Origin: Eledone cirrhosa | Lineage: Eukaryota | Assembly (NCBI GenBank): GCA_964016885.1 | Contig: OZ024741.1 | Coordinates: 295,368,001 to 295,432,000 of the forward strand | DNA length: 64,000 bases | Direction of reading: 5' to 3' | Shown: positions 14,631 through 28,299 of the stretch, piece by piece | How positions within the stretch are numbered: position 1 is the stretch's first letter | How the letters are laid out: every line of letters begins with the position of its first letter | Made by a program: the position numbers and the translations under genes | Notes under the pieces: model-generated | What the model was told of the DNA's origin: nothing | What the model saw: only the letters and a program-made list of their open reading frames with translations | Database searches by the model: none

Positions 14631-15196
14631 CCTTATGAATAATATGATCTTAGGAGAATGGGGGTAGACACTATAATTGCCATTATGTAAGAAAATGAAA
14701 TTCTAGTTTCCATCATGGATTCCACCTCACAGTGGCTCAGTCTTACAAATTACTCTGTCTCATTTGAACTGAGGTTGTCTGGTGGAACAGCACACTGGAT
14801 GTTTGCACTGCTTTAGGTTCAAAAACAAACCTGCCAAATAATGGCAGGTATTTTGTCATCTTGTAACTTTCTATCAGTTGACTAAGTATGGGTTTGATAC
14901 TAATTTCATCAGGTTTCTAAACCTATCAGAGAGCAACAGGTACTTCATCAGCTTGTAACTTTCTATCAGAGGATGAAGCTTGGGTTTGATACTGATTTCA
15001 TTAGGTTTCCACTAGAGAAACAATCATTGTTAGTCACATTCCAGACAAGAGACTTACCATGTCAGAGCAGAAAGATTGTGAGGCCATCTTGACTTCTGTG
15101 ATTAAACAATTATTGTTGGCAAGAAATAGTTCCTATTTATATTTAAATACTTTTGAGATGAAAGATAACTGAAATGATCTCCACAGTGAACTAAAG

Positions 15197-15470
15197 TAAA
15201 GACCCCCTTTTGTCAAGAATGACTGGGATTTGCGCCTAGAAAGTTCCCCTCCGAGGCACAAATCTAGGCAAGGTTTTTGTGGAAAACCAGCAGATGCCCA
15301 TACATAATGGTCTCACCTCTCCACGCCACTGATGTTGTCCAAGGGAAAGGCAATAGCCAATTCAGCTTGGCATCAATGATGCTGCAACAGTTTACTACAG
15401 CTGAGTAAACTGGAGCAATGTGAAATGAAGTGTCTTGCTCAAGAACACAATGCATCACCCAGTCTGGGAA
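15197..15470 (-). mobile_element. tRNA-derived SINE, family B (tail type 1)
   Basis: Core gtgttcttgagcaagacacttcatttcacattgctccagtttactcagctg; homologous to about 24775-25025 (+) and 55912-56240 (+). Confidence 0.8.
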
Positions 15471-15900
15471 TATTTCAAGCTCCAAATATTCCAGTTGCTG
15501 GAGTATTCCTCTTTAGACAGATGAATTGGTTGTTACCTGTAGATAAAAAATGTGCATTAAAAAACAACTTGGGAGCCCTAAGTAAAGGTGTGGAGAGAAT
15601 TCACAGACACTACAGCGTTAGAAATCAATCGAAAGATCAGTGGCTTTATTGACAAAACATTGCTGTCTGTGAAGTTATGTAACCATGACTCACTTATCTT
15701 GCTTTTATGAAGCTTAACAAAGAAAATCTGCATTTTCCACTCTGACAATTGTTATAGTGAACAGGTCTTCTCATATGTGGCACACATTGTTTATGCAGGA
15801 CAGAAACAAATGCCACTAATGCCCAAAGTACTATACAGCCATGAATACTCCTATAGTATGTTATAGTAATATATATATACATACATACATATATATATAT

Positions 15901-18900
15901 ATATTGTTATGCTTTAGGAGGGTCATGTTACCAATAAGAAACATGTGCACCAGTTGCTTTCACTTAAATTTATTATAAATTAAATTAATAAATTTAAGAA
16001 TTTATAAATTTTCGGTTGGTTGGTTCTACAACCAGACGGTTGTTCATATATTGTCAAAGTTCTTTCGTCACACATTCTGTGACCTTTTCAGTGACTGGGG
16101 ATTCTTTTCTTTGTTTTTATGCCTCTCCTTTATTCTGTCCTACGCCATCTTGTTTTTGTGTGTGTTGTGTGCTTAGTTTGTGCATATGTTACATCCGGGT
16201 GTCTGTGTGTGTTTATATTTGTTTATTTATTTGTTTATTTACATGTTACTGGTTGGTTGTTTGTTCTATGTGTGTGTTTTCATTTTGTCCTTAATTGTAA
16301 GTTGTGATGTTGCTATTTCATTCATGTTTTCTATTTAATTTTGGTTGGAATTCATTTATGTTTATTGCCTCTGTGATTTGTCTAAACATTGCGTCTTTTC
16401 TGTGTGTAGATTCTATTTTTATGTTCTCTAATTTACCCTTATTTTCTAATTTAGCATGCTGGTGGAGTACAGATGATTCTTTTCTATCTTGAAGCTCTTG
16501 CCAGTGTTCATTTATCCGTTCTCCTATACTACGAGCTGTCTCACCTATGTACACTATATTCTTATCTCTACATTCTCCTTCAGTACATCTTATGCTATAT
16601 ACTACATTTCTAGTTTTACAGTTAATATGTGGGCTTAGTTTACAGATTATACATTTCTTATCTATACAGGGAGGTCTTTGAAAAGGGTATGTATTGCTAA
16701 TAAGTGTTTTTATGGAGGTACCTGGTCTTTCTACTATCTTAATATTGAGTGTACGTTTATCTAGGGCCCTTCTAAATTTGTAAGCTAATTCACCTCTAAG
16801 GGTTGTATTGATGAATATTACACTCTGGTATTTATTGCTATCATACCATGAGTTTATTCTATTAACCTTATTCCTTGTTCTTTCTATTCTATTCCAAACT
16901 TTGCTCCTATACGAGGGGCAGGTCCCATTTGTATCATTATTTACCATTTTTTTCCATTTGGTTCTGGCTCCTCTATATACTCTGATTTTATCTCTCTGAT
17001 TGCAACCAGAGAACTGCATACGGGGATGAAGTGTTGTATGTGTCTCTCTAGTTCTTTGGGGTTACACATGCGGGGCACGTTTCTCATCACTCGTACCAAA
17101 TCCGCAATCAGTATGTTGATTTTGGTGCAGTCCGAAACAGCTGAGTTTCAGTGGATCAGATATTTGGAAGTCATAGGTTTGGCATAATGGGAATGGAGGA
17201 TTTGTTTTTTGTTATTAATGGTTTCTAACCAGAGCTCTGTGTCTAGTACAGGTAATCGATGGTTGGGGTGTTTTCTTGGGTAGTCTATAGAAACTCTAAT
17301 ACTCTGATGGATGGAGTTAGCTATTTGCTGTATGCTTTCCATGGTGTTTTTCTCTAATTCCTGACTGTTCTCTAGTGGGGCTGTTTTTACTACGATGTTT
17401 ATATCATCAACGTAGCGGGAGTACATTATCAGGGTTAAGAGGTTGCTGTCTTCTAATTGTTCTTTAAGTTTAAGTCTATTGTCCCACCATACCATGAATA
17501 GGTTAGCTATGTCACCTGCAATGCTAACACCAATGGCTGCTCCCTCCTCTTGGGCATATGTTTTTCCATTAAATTTGAACTATGTTCCTTAAGGGTTAAT
17601 TTTATACTGGCCCCCACCGCATGTGCAATCATTTTCTTTAGTTTATCGTGGTTTTCGGGGGTCTGTATGGCTCTGGTACACCCGTTCCATCTATCTGTGT
17701 AGGTTTTCTTGGCCATTGAGGTAATGGTAGGTGGTCTGCCTCTTACTGGTCTTGTAGGTCACAGGTTGCTAAGGTCATACATATCTAGATAATCATTACT
17801 ATAGGTAAGTTTAAGTAGGAGTCCCAGCTTACTGGTATCAATCCCACGGAATTCAACATTGCTCTCACTGATCATTTTTACGCATTTCTCCACAGCAAAA
17901 TCCACGTCAATGGATGGATATAGAGACACAACATCCATACTACCTATTATACAGTTTGTTAGGTCCCTAGATCGGTTACTTTCACTATTTCTGCTGAGGA
18001 GGTCCTCTGTGCTGTCACATATATCTGGGAACATTTCAATGATGAGGCGTATGATCAGGGACAGGAAGTAGGAAAGTCTGTAGTTACTAGCAATGTTAGC
18101 TCCACAGACTGGCCGTGTTGGTGGTCCTGTGACAGGGTCACTGCTCGTTTTATGGTCTTTTCGAAGCCCATACAACTCTGTAGAGGAGCAAATTTTGGAA
18201 TAGATTAGAAAGAACTAGGAATATGGTTAATAGAATAAACTCATGGTATGATAGCAATAAATACCAGAGTGTAATATTCATCAATACAACCCCTAGAGGT
18301 GAATTACCTTACAAATTTAGAAGGGCCCAAGATAAACATAAACTCAATATTAAGATAGTAGAAAGACAAGGTACCTCCATAAAAACACTTATTAGCAATA
18401 CATACCCTTTTCAAAGACCTCCCTGTATAGATAAGAAATGTATAATCTGTAAACTAAGCCCCCATATTAACTGTAAAACTAGAAATGTAGTATATAGCAT
18501 AAGATGTACTGAAGGACAATGTAGAGATAAGAATATAGTGTACATAGGTGAGACAGCTAGTAGTATAGGAGAACGGATAAATGAACACTGGCGAGAGCTT
18601 CAAGATAGAAAAGAATCATCTGTACTCCACCAACATGCTAAAATAGAACATAAGGGTAAATAAGAGAACATAGAAATAAAAATAGAATCTACACACAGAA
18701 AAGACGCAATGTTTAGACAAATCACAGAGGCAATAAACATAAATGAACTCCAACCAAAATTAAATAGAAAACATGAATGGAATAGCAACATCACAACTTA
18801 CAATTAAGGACAAAATGAAAACACACACACACGCATAGAACAAACAACCAACCAGTAACATGTAAATAAACAAATAAATAAACAAATATAAACACACACA

Positions 18901-19207
18901 GACACCCGGATGTAACATATGCGCAAACTAAGCACACAACACACACAAAAACAAGATGGCGTAGGACAAAACAAAGGAGAGGCACAAAAACAAAGAAAAG
19001 AATCTCCAGTCACTGAAGAGGTCACAGAATGTGTGACGAAAGAACTTTGACAATATATGAACAACTGTCCGGTTGTTGAACCAACCAACCAACCGGAAAT
19101 TTATAAATTCTTAAATTTATAAATTTAATTTATAATAAATTTGAGTGAAAGCAACTGGTGCGTGTGTTTCTTATTGGCAACATGACCCTCCCAAAGCATA
19201 ACAATAT
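15901..19207 (-). mobile_element. Penelope-like retroelement (RT + GIY-YIG), 5'-truncated and frameshifted, with ~1 kb inverted terminal arms
   Basis: Minus-strand RT motifs IIGSMDVVSLYPSID and YSRYVDD; GIY-YIG NVVYSIRC..VYIGETARSIGERINEH; 15901-16908 is the reverse complement of 18184-19207; flanked by (TA)n. Confidence 0.93.
19009..19051 (+). ncRNA. Minimal hammerhead motif in the Penelope-like element 3' UTR
   Basis: GUCA-CUGAAGA-G-GUCACA..UGUGAC-GAAA-GAAC-UU-UGAC; the mirror copy at 16053-16095 (-) has a mutated core, CUGAAAA. Confidence 0.62.
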
Positions 19208-20109
19208 CGGTTTCAACACACGTTTTCAGATAAAGAATCTTGCTAAACAAATTCAGAAACGATATATATGTATATATATATATATATATAATAGATATAT
19301 GTCACTGGAAAAGTAAATAGGTTGATATACTTCTGGAATCTAATTATGGAACATTGTTAGGTGAAAAGCTGCCAGAATAATTGTACAAACATTTTATTTG
19401 AAAGGGGACAAATAATATAGCAGATTAATAAGTCAGCTATTTGGTCCCTAACACAAATAGAGTACAAAGGATGAGCTAAAATAAGATACAGCTAATATAA
19501 ATGGAGAAATTTTTTTAGTAAAGCTTTCATGTTAGACAGACGCACATATTTAACAAATACAATATCTCTATACTGATATATTTACTACTCTTTTCTTTCT
19601 TTTTTTTTTCTTTCTCTCTTCTGTTTGATATTGGTGTATTTTGTTTTTTAATTGTTTTTAAGTTTTTACATATTTGTCGATAGTATTTTTCATTGTTGCT
19701 GTTGTTGCTGTTGTTTTATTCTCCACACATTCATTCATACACAAACAGATATAACACTCGTTCTATACCGCTTGAGTTCATCTTTTAATACACAAGAGTT
19801 TTATTCATGTTAACTCTTATTAAGTCTAAGTTCAAGACACATTCTCCTAATTATATTTTCTTCTGTAAATTTAAAATGAAATCAAATATTCACAACATCA
19901 TACGTGAGTGAGAACAGGAATTGTATAAATACCAAACTGCCTGAAACTGCTCCTGATACAAAGCTGTTTATTTTAAAGTATTTATATTTATCTAAAAACA
20001 TTCTATTATAATTTTATGTAAGAACCTTTGTTACATTCTAAAAACTAGATTAAAAATGAGAGATTTAGATATGTAAATAATGGGCAGTGTATTTTCATTA
20101 GAAATACGG

Positions 20110-20480
20110 TTTAAAGAATACAGAATTATGCAGACTTTAAAGAATACAAAGTTTTGTAAAGTTTAGATAATATAGAGTTTTGTAGAGTTTAAATAATATA
20201 GTCATGTAAACTTTAAAGAATACAAAATTGTATAGAGTTGTGTAGAGGTTAATGAATATAGAGTTTTGTAGAGTTTAAAGAATGTAGAATAGTTTGTGTA
20301 GAAGTTAAAGAATATAAAGTTGTGTAGAGATTAAAGAATACAGAGTTTTGTAGAGTTCAAAGAATATAGAGTTTTGTAGAGTTTAAAGAATATGGTCATG
20401 TAGAGTTTAACGAATATAGTCATGTAAAGTTTAAAGAATACAAAATTGTGTAGTGAATAGAGTTGTGTAGCTTTTAAAAA
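20110..20480. repeat. Degenerate ~26-bp minisatellite (agagttttgtagagtttaaagaatat)
   Basis: About a dozen imperfect tandem copies visible. Confidence 0.85.
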
Positions 20481-22307
20481 ATATAGTTATTTTATGGATT
20501 CCAAGATTTAAAACTAAAAAATATTTTACTGCTATGTATAATTTGATATATCATTATGTATTGATGTATTGATACACACAACATGATATTCTTCTGGCTT
20601 TGTTAAATTACTTTGCTGATATTTAGAAGTGACCCTAAAAATATTCTCCCTTGAGTGGAACTAATCTGATTGGTAAGGTTGGTAAATAATGCCTAAGGTA
20701 AAATAAATATACATTTGGAATGAAATAAATAGAATAGTTTGGAAAGAATTAAGGGAACTAATTTAATAAGCTTCATAAACTATTCTTCTTGTGCATGTCA
20801 ACAAAGAAGGAAGTTTTAATTGGCTGCCTCAAGCAATATTCTCAGATGCCATGTATAGTGGAGGCTATATTACCTCCTACGTTTTGTAGTCATGGGAGCA
20901 TAGGCCTCAAACACACATTCCAATGGGTTCTGTCAGAAGTGACTGACCTCAATTGATCTGGCTGTATTGAAGGTCCATCAATGACTTGTTATTATGGAGT
21001 TTCTTCTCTGTGTTTTAGGGACTAGAGACAACACTGTCTGAAGTTCCTATGACACACATTCTTGAGTACTCATTCTAGCATTCGTCAATAATAGCTTTGA
21101 TTTATACATTTTATATAATTTGTTTCTTTATGAACAAAATCCATGTGAAAAGAATATTTTTTGCTTCACTATTCAGTTTCTCTGCCTATTAACTTCAATT
21201 CTCAAATCTTAGAAATAGAAGTATACTGTTGTAAAATTTACTCTGCCAAATTATTTTGGGATTGGTTGCAGAATATTAAATAAATCTTCTTCTTGGAGAA
21301 ACGTAACTCAAATTAAATAAATGATTATATAAAATAATTAATGCTTCTGATACCAAATAATCTGGAACTGGTACTAAGACACAAAACTTTTTATTTTAAA
21401 ATGTTTATATTCAAAAACCTTCAGTGATTAATTTTATGTAAGAACCTTTGTTAAGTTATGTTCCAAACACCAGCTTAATAATGAGTATGTTAGTTATATT
21501 ACTAAATCCATCTAAATTCTTAATTATTTTCAAAATAGTTTTAAAATCATAGGCAGTGTCTAACTGAAAATGTAAAATCATAATTAAACACTGAAATGTA
21601 GTTAGTGTGATTCTCCCTTCTTTCTGTCAATTCACATGTTACACCCCATAATACTTAGGAAAGTTTAAAATATTTATCATTTTTGTAGACAACTTATTGC
21701 CCATAATCTTTGCATCCACCTCACTCTAAGACAACAAACTCACTTCGTTGTTATTAATTTATACATATTTCTACTAAAATTCTCCTTTCCTGAAATACAT
21801 ATTTTATTTTAGGCTTCTAATAATGAATACTTGTCATGTTTCCCACATATAATTGCTCAGTTTCCACAAACTGGATATTGAAAAAGCAATTAACAATAAC
21901 ACAATGTGATTTTTTCTCTCTTTTATTTCTAAGTAAAATTTCCAATGTATTGCTGATTTATAAACCATCTTTCAGACAAAACCATCAACCTTGAAGATAT
22001 GTCTACAAAACACATTTTCTGTCATATTACTCTTTCTTTAACATATTATTATTTTTTATATATATATTATTATTTTGGAGGGGTGGCAAGGGTTAAACCA
22101 GACTTCATATAACCGCAATTACACAGAACACCTGAAAGAAAATTATCAATTCGAACCCACCATAATGATTGGTTAATGATGAGAAAGATACAGTTTAGTC
22201 TTTTTACAGTGAAAAGGACACCAGTATAGCTGTCAGAAGTAGCTAACTGTTTCACAGGCAATTTCAAATCACTTTTATGTATTTAATCATACAGATTGTT
22301 TAAAGAC

Positions 22308-22345
<38 letters not shown>

Positions 22346-22539
22346 ATGTTTAACCCTGATGGCAGAGCTCAAAATGATTTTGACGGCTATTTCTGGACTG
22401 TCCAGAAATAGCCATCGAAACGGCTTGACCTATAACCCACTCTACTACCCTAAGTATTGAGTACTCTGGTGCGTTATGGTCCATCTGGTTCCTTACCACA
22501 CCTCCTTCATTATATATATATACATATATGTGTGTGTGT

Positions 22540-22589
22540 TCTTGTCTGATGACTCTGCAATAAACAGGCGAGACTCTAGAGTAACAAGA
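22540..22589 (+). ncRNA. Minimal hammerhead motif with GAAA>GAGA core mutation
   Basis: UCUUGU-CUGAUGA-...-GAGA-CUCUAGAG-UA-ACAAGA; 6-bp stem I, palindromic stem III; related remnant at about 8600-8660. Confidence 0.6.
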
Positions 22590-22617
22590 CTCACTATTTA
22601 GCTTAATAAAATGAATG

Positions 22618-22666
<49 letters not shown>

Positions 22667-22809
22667 TATACATATATATATACATATATATACATATATA
22701 TATCATATATATATATATGTAGAAGTTATATTTAATTTGTTGGGATACAACAAGCAAATATTTTTATAACTGATATAAAGCACTCAACAAATTATTGGAG
22801 TAAAAATAC

Positions 22810-22914
22810 AATATATTAACAAATGGAAACTATATTTATAAAACCATATTTATTTCATATGTATAATGAAATAAATATGGTTTTATAAATATAGTTTCCA
22901 TTTGTTAATATATT
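22810..22914. repeat. Perfect 49-bp inverted repeat with 7-nt spacer
   Basis: 22810-22858 is the exact reverse complement of 22866-22914. Confidence 0.97.
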
Positions 22915-23009
22915 ATTTATATATATATATGTGTGTGTGTGTATATATATGTATGTATACATATATGTATGTATGTATGTATATATGCATGTATGTATAT
23001 ATATATATC

Positions 23010-23041
<32 letters not shown>

Positions 23042-23643
23042 ACACTCATCTTTTCACCCCTTGATAATTTGTGTGTGAGACACGTTGGCTGAGAGCTTAT
23101 GACAGGAACTAAAAGATTGATTCTTTTTAGCTTCCCGTCCCCACGTAAAATTTGTAAATCAGTGACTAGTTGAGAGATAGAGTCCTATCGGTTGCCAGTT
23201 AATCACTTTACCTTGTCGGTTGTCACAAACAGTCATGACCGGCACGGGCCGGTGTTTGGATTATGTCGATCGATTGGTTATTGATTAGGCGATACCCGCT
23301 GATGAAGCCGCATAAGCCGATTGTGCATTGTTGCATAATATATGCAGACAGATGGTGCAGTGTACCTTACTGCTGCAGTAAGGTGTCCGGGAACCTTATA
23401 GGCACCCGTTTTACGTGTGTTGTGTTGAGGCAAATAACTATGTGTATACTCTGGTAATGTATCTTACATTGCCCTTTGAGTGCGCTGAGATACAACCAGT
23501 ACTGGCATTAATAAATATGCTGGGTCTGTCAACCCTTATTATTATTATATATATATATATATATATATGTTCGGATCTAGCTATCAAAATGGCCGGAGCG
23601 CAACCGTCAGGGTCCTAAATTATTTCATATACATATAAATATA

Positions 23644-23850
23644 TTAACCTTTTTGATACCAACTGATTCTAAACTATCTCTGGTTCCATGAAACAAATTT
23701 TCAAAGGTTTCTATTTAACTTAAAGTTCTTTCAACCTTTTATTACGTTACCAATATCATGTTAATAATGAAATAATTAATACTTTTTAATAAACCTCTCC
23801 AAATTCTTCAGTAATTAATTTCATTAGAAATATGGTAACAAAAGGGTTAA
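23644..23850. mobile_element. TTAA-flanked MITE (piggyBac-like ends)
   Basis: ttaaccttttt...aaaagggttaa termini; related copies at about 11295-11617, 24168-24457, 39748 onward and 57449-57676. Confidence 0.65.
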
Positions 23851-23984
23851 AGACTATTAATATATATATATAAATATATAATATTAATGCAATTTTAAGT
23901 ATCTTTTATGAATTTATATGTATTGCCTAAAGAATTTTTATGATCAGCTATTCATTAAATACATTTTCTTTCTTTTCCCCACAG

Positions 23985-24054
23985 GAATGTCCAACAGGTA
24001 TAGTGAATGAAGATACATTTAAGGACATTTATGCTCAATTTTTTCCTCAAGGAG
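23985..24054 (+). CDS. KCNIP: KChIP/KCNIP-like neuronal calcium sensor, internal exon (EF-hand 1 region), 70 nt
   Basis: Acceptor ttttctttcttttccccacag, donor GGAG|gtaaga. Translates [23 protein letters not shown](D), with the NCS-family Cys-Pro in EF-1; closely matches vertebrate KChIP [23 protein letters not shown]. Phase 0 to 1. Confidence 0.96.
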
Positions 24055-26068
24055 GTAAGACTGGTTAAAGGATTTCTTTACATAAATATTATTTATTAAA
24101 ACCAAATGTATTGAAATTAATATTATTTATAACAAAAATAAACAAAATGTATGCAAATAGATAATATTTAAACCTTTTGATACCAATCATCTATTTTAAA
24201 GGGTTCCTATTTAAATTAAAGTCTTTTCCATAATTATGTTCCAAATACCATTTCATAATATAGTTAATAATTTTAGGAAAGCATTCCAATATTTTCATCA
24301 ATTAATTGAACTACAGTGCCTTGATAAAAGGCACCCAGTTCACACTGTAAAGTGGTCATGTAGGTGTCATGACAAAAAGATCCAAGCACACACTGTAAAT
24401 GATGATGATGATAATGATGTGTGTGTTTTTATTAGAAATATGGTCATTAAAGGTTTATTGAAACAATACAGTAAAACAATAACAATTTTTTAAAGGTTAT
24501 TTCCCCGACAAATGCAACGGTTTGCCTTGCAGGCCACATAATTGGTTTCATACTTAACATGAACTCCTTTCTGAAGCAATGTTTTACAGCTGGAGGTCTT
24601 TCTTGACAATAATCCTTTTAGTCACCTCTTACAATATGCAGGGATAAAGCATAGAAATTTACTAAAAAAAATAGGGTTTAAAAAACTGCAAAGTATATAT
24701 AAAGTGTATGAAATTACACTGGAATGTGACACCATTGCATATGTAACACTTACCCATAACTAGCACTGTTACCTATAGTTTAGTGGTTTAAGTCTCGAAT
24801 TCACAATTGTAATGTTGTGAATTTGAGTCCCAGACTGGGCAATGAATTGTGTTCTTGAGCAAAGCACTTTAGTTCATGTTGCTCCAGTTTACTCATTTGT
24901 AGAAATGAGTTGTGATGTCACTGGTGCTAAGCTGTATCAACCTTTGCCTTTCTCTAGGACAACATCGGTGACATGGAGAGGGGGGATTTGTATGTATGGA
25001 TGACTGCTGGTATTTGACAAAAATACCTTGCTTGGACTTTACCCTTTTGATCTACGTAACATATTAATAAGGTTTACAATGCTGATTTAGCAGTGGAGAA
25101 ATGGCCCTATGATGTGTATGTAGCTGGTTTATTTTGACTAGACTAGGGGCTGTCCTGACATTGGCTGAACTTTAGCTGACTTGGCTTTGGATCCATTGGC
25201 CTAACGTCTGAGCTGCACTTGAAGGATCTAGCCAGGCATTAGCTCACTGGCTGGCTGAGGACACAGGTTGCCTATCCTTCACTGAGCTGGCCTGACTTTA
25301 GCCAACTCGCTGGCTGAGAAAATGGGCTATCTATCCTTAGTTGACCTGGATAGGTGTTCCTTTTTGTGTTGGTTTAATCTGGCCAGGCTTTGGTTCAACT
25401 GGCCCTTACTATGCAGGATTGAATCAATGTACTAACATGAGTGAAAGTTTTCTATTTAGTTGGATAGTTTTTGTATAATTAATACAAAGGAAGAAGTGTT
25501 GAAGTCAAGGTATCTTAAATCTATTTAACTTCTTCAATTTAAATAGTAACAGATTTTATTGGAATCTATAGTCTGGTTTTCAATTCTATTCTCATGTATC
25601 AGTTGCTATTTGTAAAAGATATATAAATAAAAAGGTGTAGTTATCATAATCTCTATTTATTTTTCACTACAATTCCCTGAACTAATACAAGAAATATTTG
25701 ATGAGGGTGGTGGGTGGTGCTGGGTTTTTCCTAATCAATAAAAGTAGCCACTTTCCAATGATTTCTCTTGATGTTCTTTTGTGAATAAAAGAAACATGAG
25801 ATGTTTAAATTATATCAACATTACTGTATAACTGTATATATAATTGAGTGTAACATGATGATAATGAGAACATGTTTAAATTCTATCAACATTATTGTGA
25901 GTGTAACATAATGATGATGATAATGATACATGTTTAAATTATGTCAACATTATTCTGTAATTATATATAGAATTGTCAATGAAACAAGGTTATACCATCC
26001 TAAAAATATCTTGACAGTTTTTCTCAAAAGTTCTAATGATTTCTACTTTTTAAAAATCTTTTTTCCAG

Positions 26069-26139
26069 ATTCCAGCAATTATGCTCATTACGTTTTCAAT
26101 GCATTTGACCATGATCACAGTGGCTCAGTTAATTTTGAG
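26069..26139 (+). CDS. KCNIP: KChIP exon (EF-hand 2), 71 nt
   Basis: Acceptor ctttttttccag, donor GAG|gtgaga. (D)SSNYAHYVFNAFDHDHSGSVNFE; phase 1 start is compatible with the preceding exon. Confidence 0.96.
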
Positions 26140-26224
26140 GTGAGATTTACATCTTCTAAACACAATCAATGTTTAAATATAACTAATCTCTCAGACTTTT
26201 ACAAAGCGCTGAGGAAATAAAGTC

Positions 26225-26444
26225 AATATAAAGAGTGGTGTGCTCATGTGAAGAGATGCTATTAAATAGCTTATAAAATAGGGCGAAGACTCTTAAAGAT
26301 GGAAAACGAAGTTGCTATCAGTTGCTACAAGGAATCGAATCCCATAGTGATCAATAGCAACTTTTTCAGTTTTTAAGGATCTTTACCCTATTTTAAACAT
26401 TATTTTTTAGCATCTCCATTTGTGGGTACACCACTCTTTATATT
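26225..26444. repeat. Diverged fold-back element (~92-bp inverted arms)
   Basis: aatataaagagtggtgt...aagttgctat (26225-26318) versus atagcaactt...acaccactctttatatt (26354-26444). Confidence 0.85.
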
Positions 26445-26790
26445 AAGAGTCAATATATTTTATATTTTTTCTTTAACCTCCACCCCCATATCAGAATGTA
26501 GCAAATAAAAGTTGTGTGTGAATTTAAGAGAAATAAATACTACATCTTATTTTCTTCTGTGAAATCTGATGTCATGATATGTGAGCAAAAGAAAAGCTTC
26601 GATTCCCATACCTTGCGTTATATCCTTGAGCAAGACACTTTATTTCACATTGCTCCTTTTCCCTGGATTTGCAACCGCTAGATAGTATTAGCAACTACTA
26701 AAGACCACTATAAACATTGTTTATTCAATCCATTTTGATGAACTCCACTTCACTCATTAAGTGAATGTAGTCTGGGATATTGTCGATTGA

Positions 26791-26841
<51 letters not shown>

Positions 26842-26879
26842 GGTATCCAGAGTAAGTTGTGGGGTCTATTCTGCATGAA

Positions 26880-27713
26880 GAACACGATGTAATCCATATG
26901 TTGAAAATGTTGTAGGTTAAGATAAATCCCGGAAAACAGTAAAACATTAAAAGGAAAACAGAGTCATAATATAAGTTAAAACAATGAAATAAAAAATCAA
27001 GTCATTAGAAATATACTTCACTGTTTTACGATCGTTTCTAGGTGATGATAATACATTGTAGCTATACTCCGTTATTGATCTATGTAAGGTTAGTTACAAA
27101 ATATCAGATAAAGAGAATATTTACTTACATGCATATCACCAGCTGTTTTCAAGAGCAATAATAATTTTATTCAGAATTAGTAGTATGTTAGTATCATGTC
27201 CTTATTTGGGGGTAGTTGAAGAACTAACCAATCAAATTGTTTTTTACATATGGTGTTAAGATGAAAAGTAATTCACTTTAGTTGAGGTCATGACCCTTTG
27301 AAAGGAATGGTTGAATGGTGTTAATAGTAGAATTGGCATACAAATCTATTAGGAGGAAAGGGATTGTCAAACTGATAGTTGAATGTATCTGGTATAGTGA
27401 AGTTTAAAAGGAATGTAAAAATAAATGTAAAAATAAATGGTGATTAGTGTTGTATTGAGTTTTTAGGTGAATATAAATTAAGGTTATGGCTAGGAAAGAT
27501 AGTATATTAAAAGATGAAAATTATAATAAGATGATGAAATACAGTAATGCGATAATATACAACATAACCAACACAATATAGTACAGTGTGGTAAATTGCA
27601 CTTAGTATAATACAGCATATGATACGCTCTAAAATACTATCAAGTATGTTTATGTATAAATAATCAAACTCAGATAAATACATGTTGGCATAGTTAAAAC
27701 ACATAAATTTCAT
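26880..27713 (-). mobile_element. Degenerate Penelope-like RT fragment
   Basis: Minus-strand [13 protein letters not shown] resembles the PLE RT 'YANLFM..FE' motif; heavily decayed. Confidence 0.45.
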
Positions 27714-27893
27714 AGATTACAAAGTGCATATATCCACACTATATATAGAGAGAGGTACAGTTATATAGATATCCAACCAAAAATATACATATGCACAAAT
27801 AGATGCAAACCTAAATACACATTTACACATGTGCACATAATTATATACACACATATCCATACATATCTATATCAACACATACACACCTATAAC

Positions 27894-28137
<244 letters not shown>

Positions 28138-28299
28138 CATATATATATATGTGTGTATATACACACCTCATACATGTACACACACTCATATATAAACACT
28201 CATACACATATACTCACATATATATATATACACACATACACAAAGCAGTGAAGTATATCTCTAATGACTTGATTTTTTATTTCATTGTTTTAACTTATA

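Noticed and set aside
16318-18663. Host nuclease gene or intact active retroelement
   Set aside because: RT is split by frameshifts and 5'-truncated, and both GIY-YIG copies have premature stops; a decayed PLE.
23304-23392. Hammerhead at acccg-CTGATGA-agcc
   Set aside because: A possible stem I partner (gtc-cggg) exists but there is no GAAA core at the required place.
25930-26220. ORF-track proteins 25930-26220, 31901-32137 and 34236-34433 as stand-alone genes
   Set aside because: Each is a KChIP exon plus intronic read-through; true limits are set by the splice sites.
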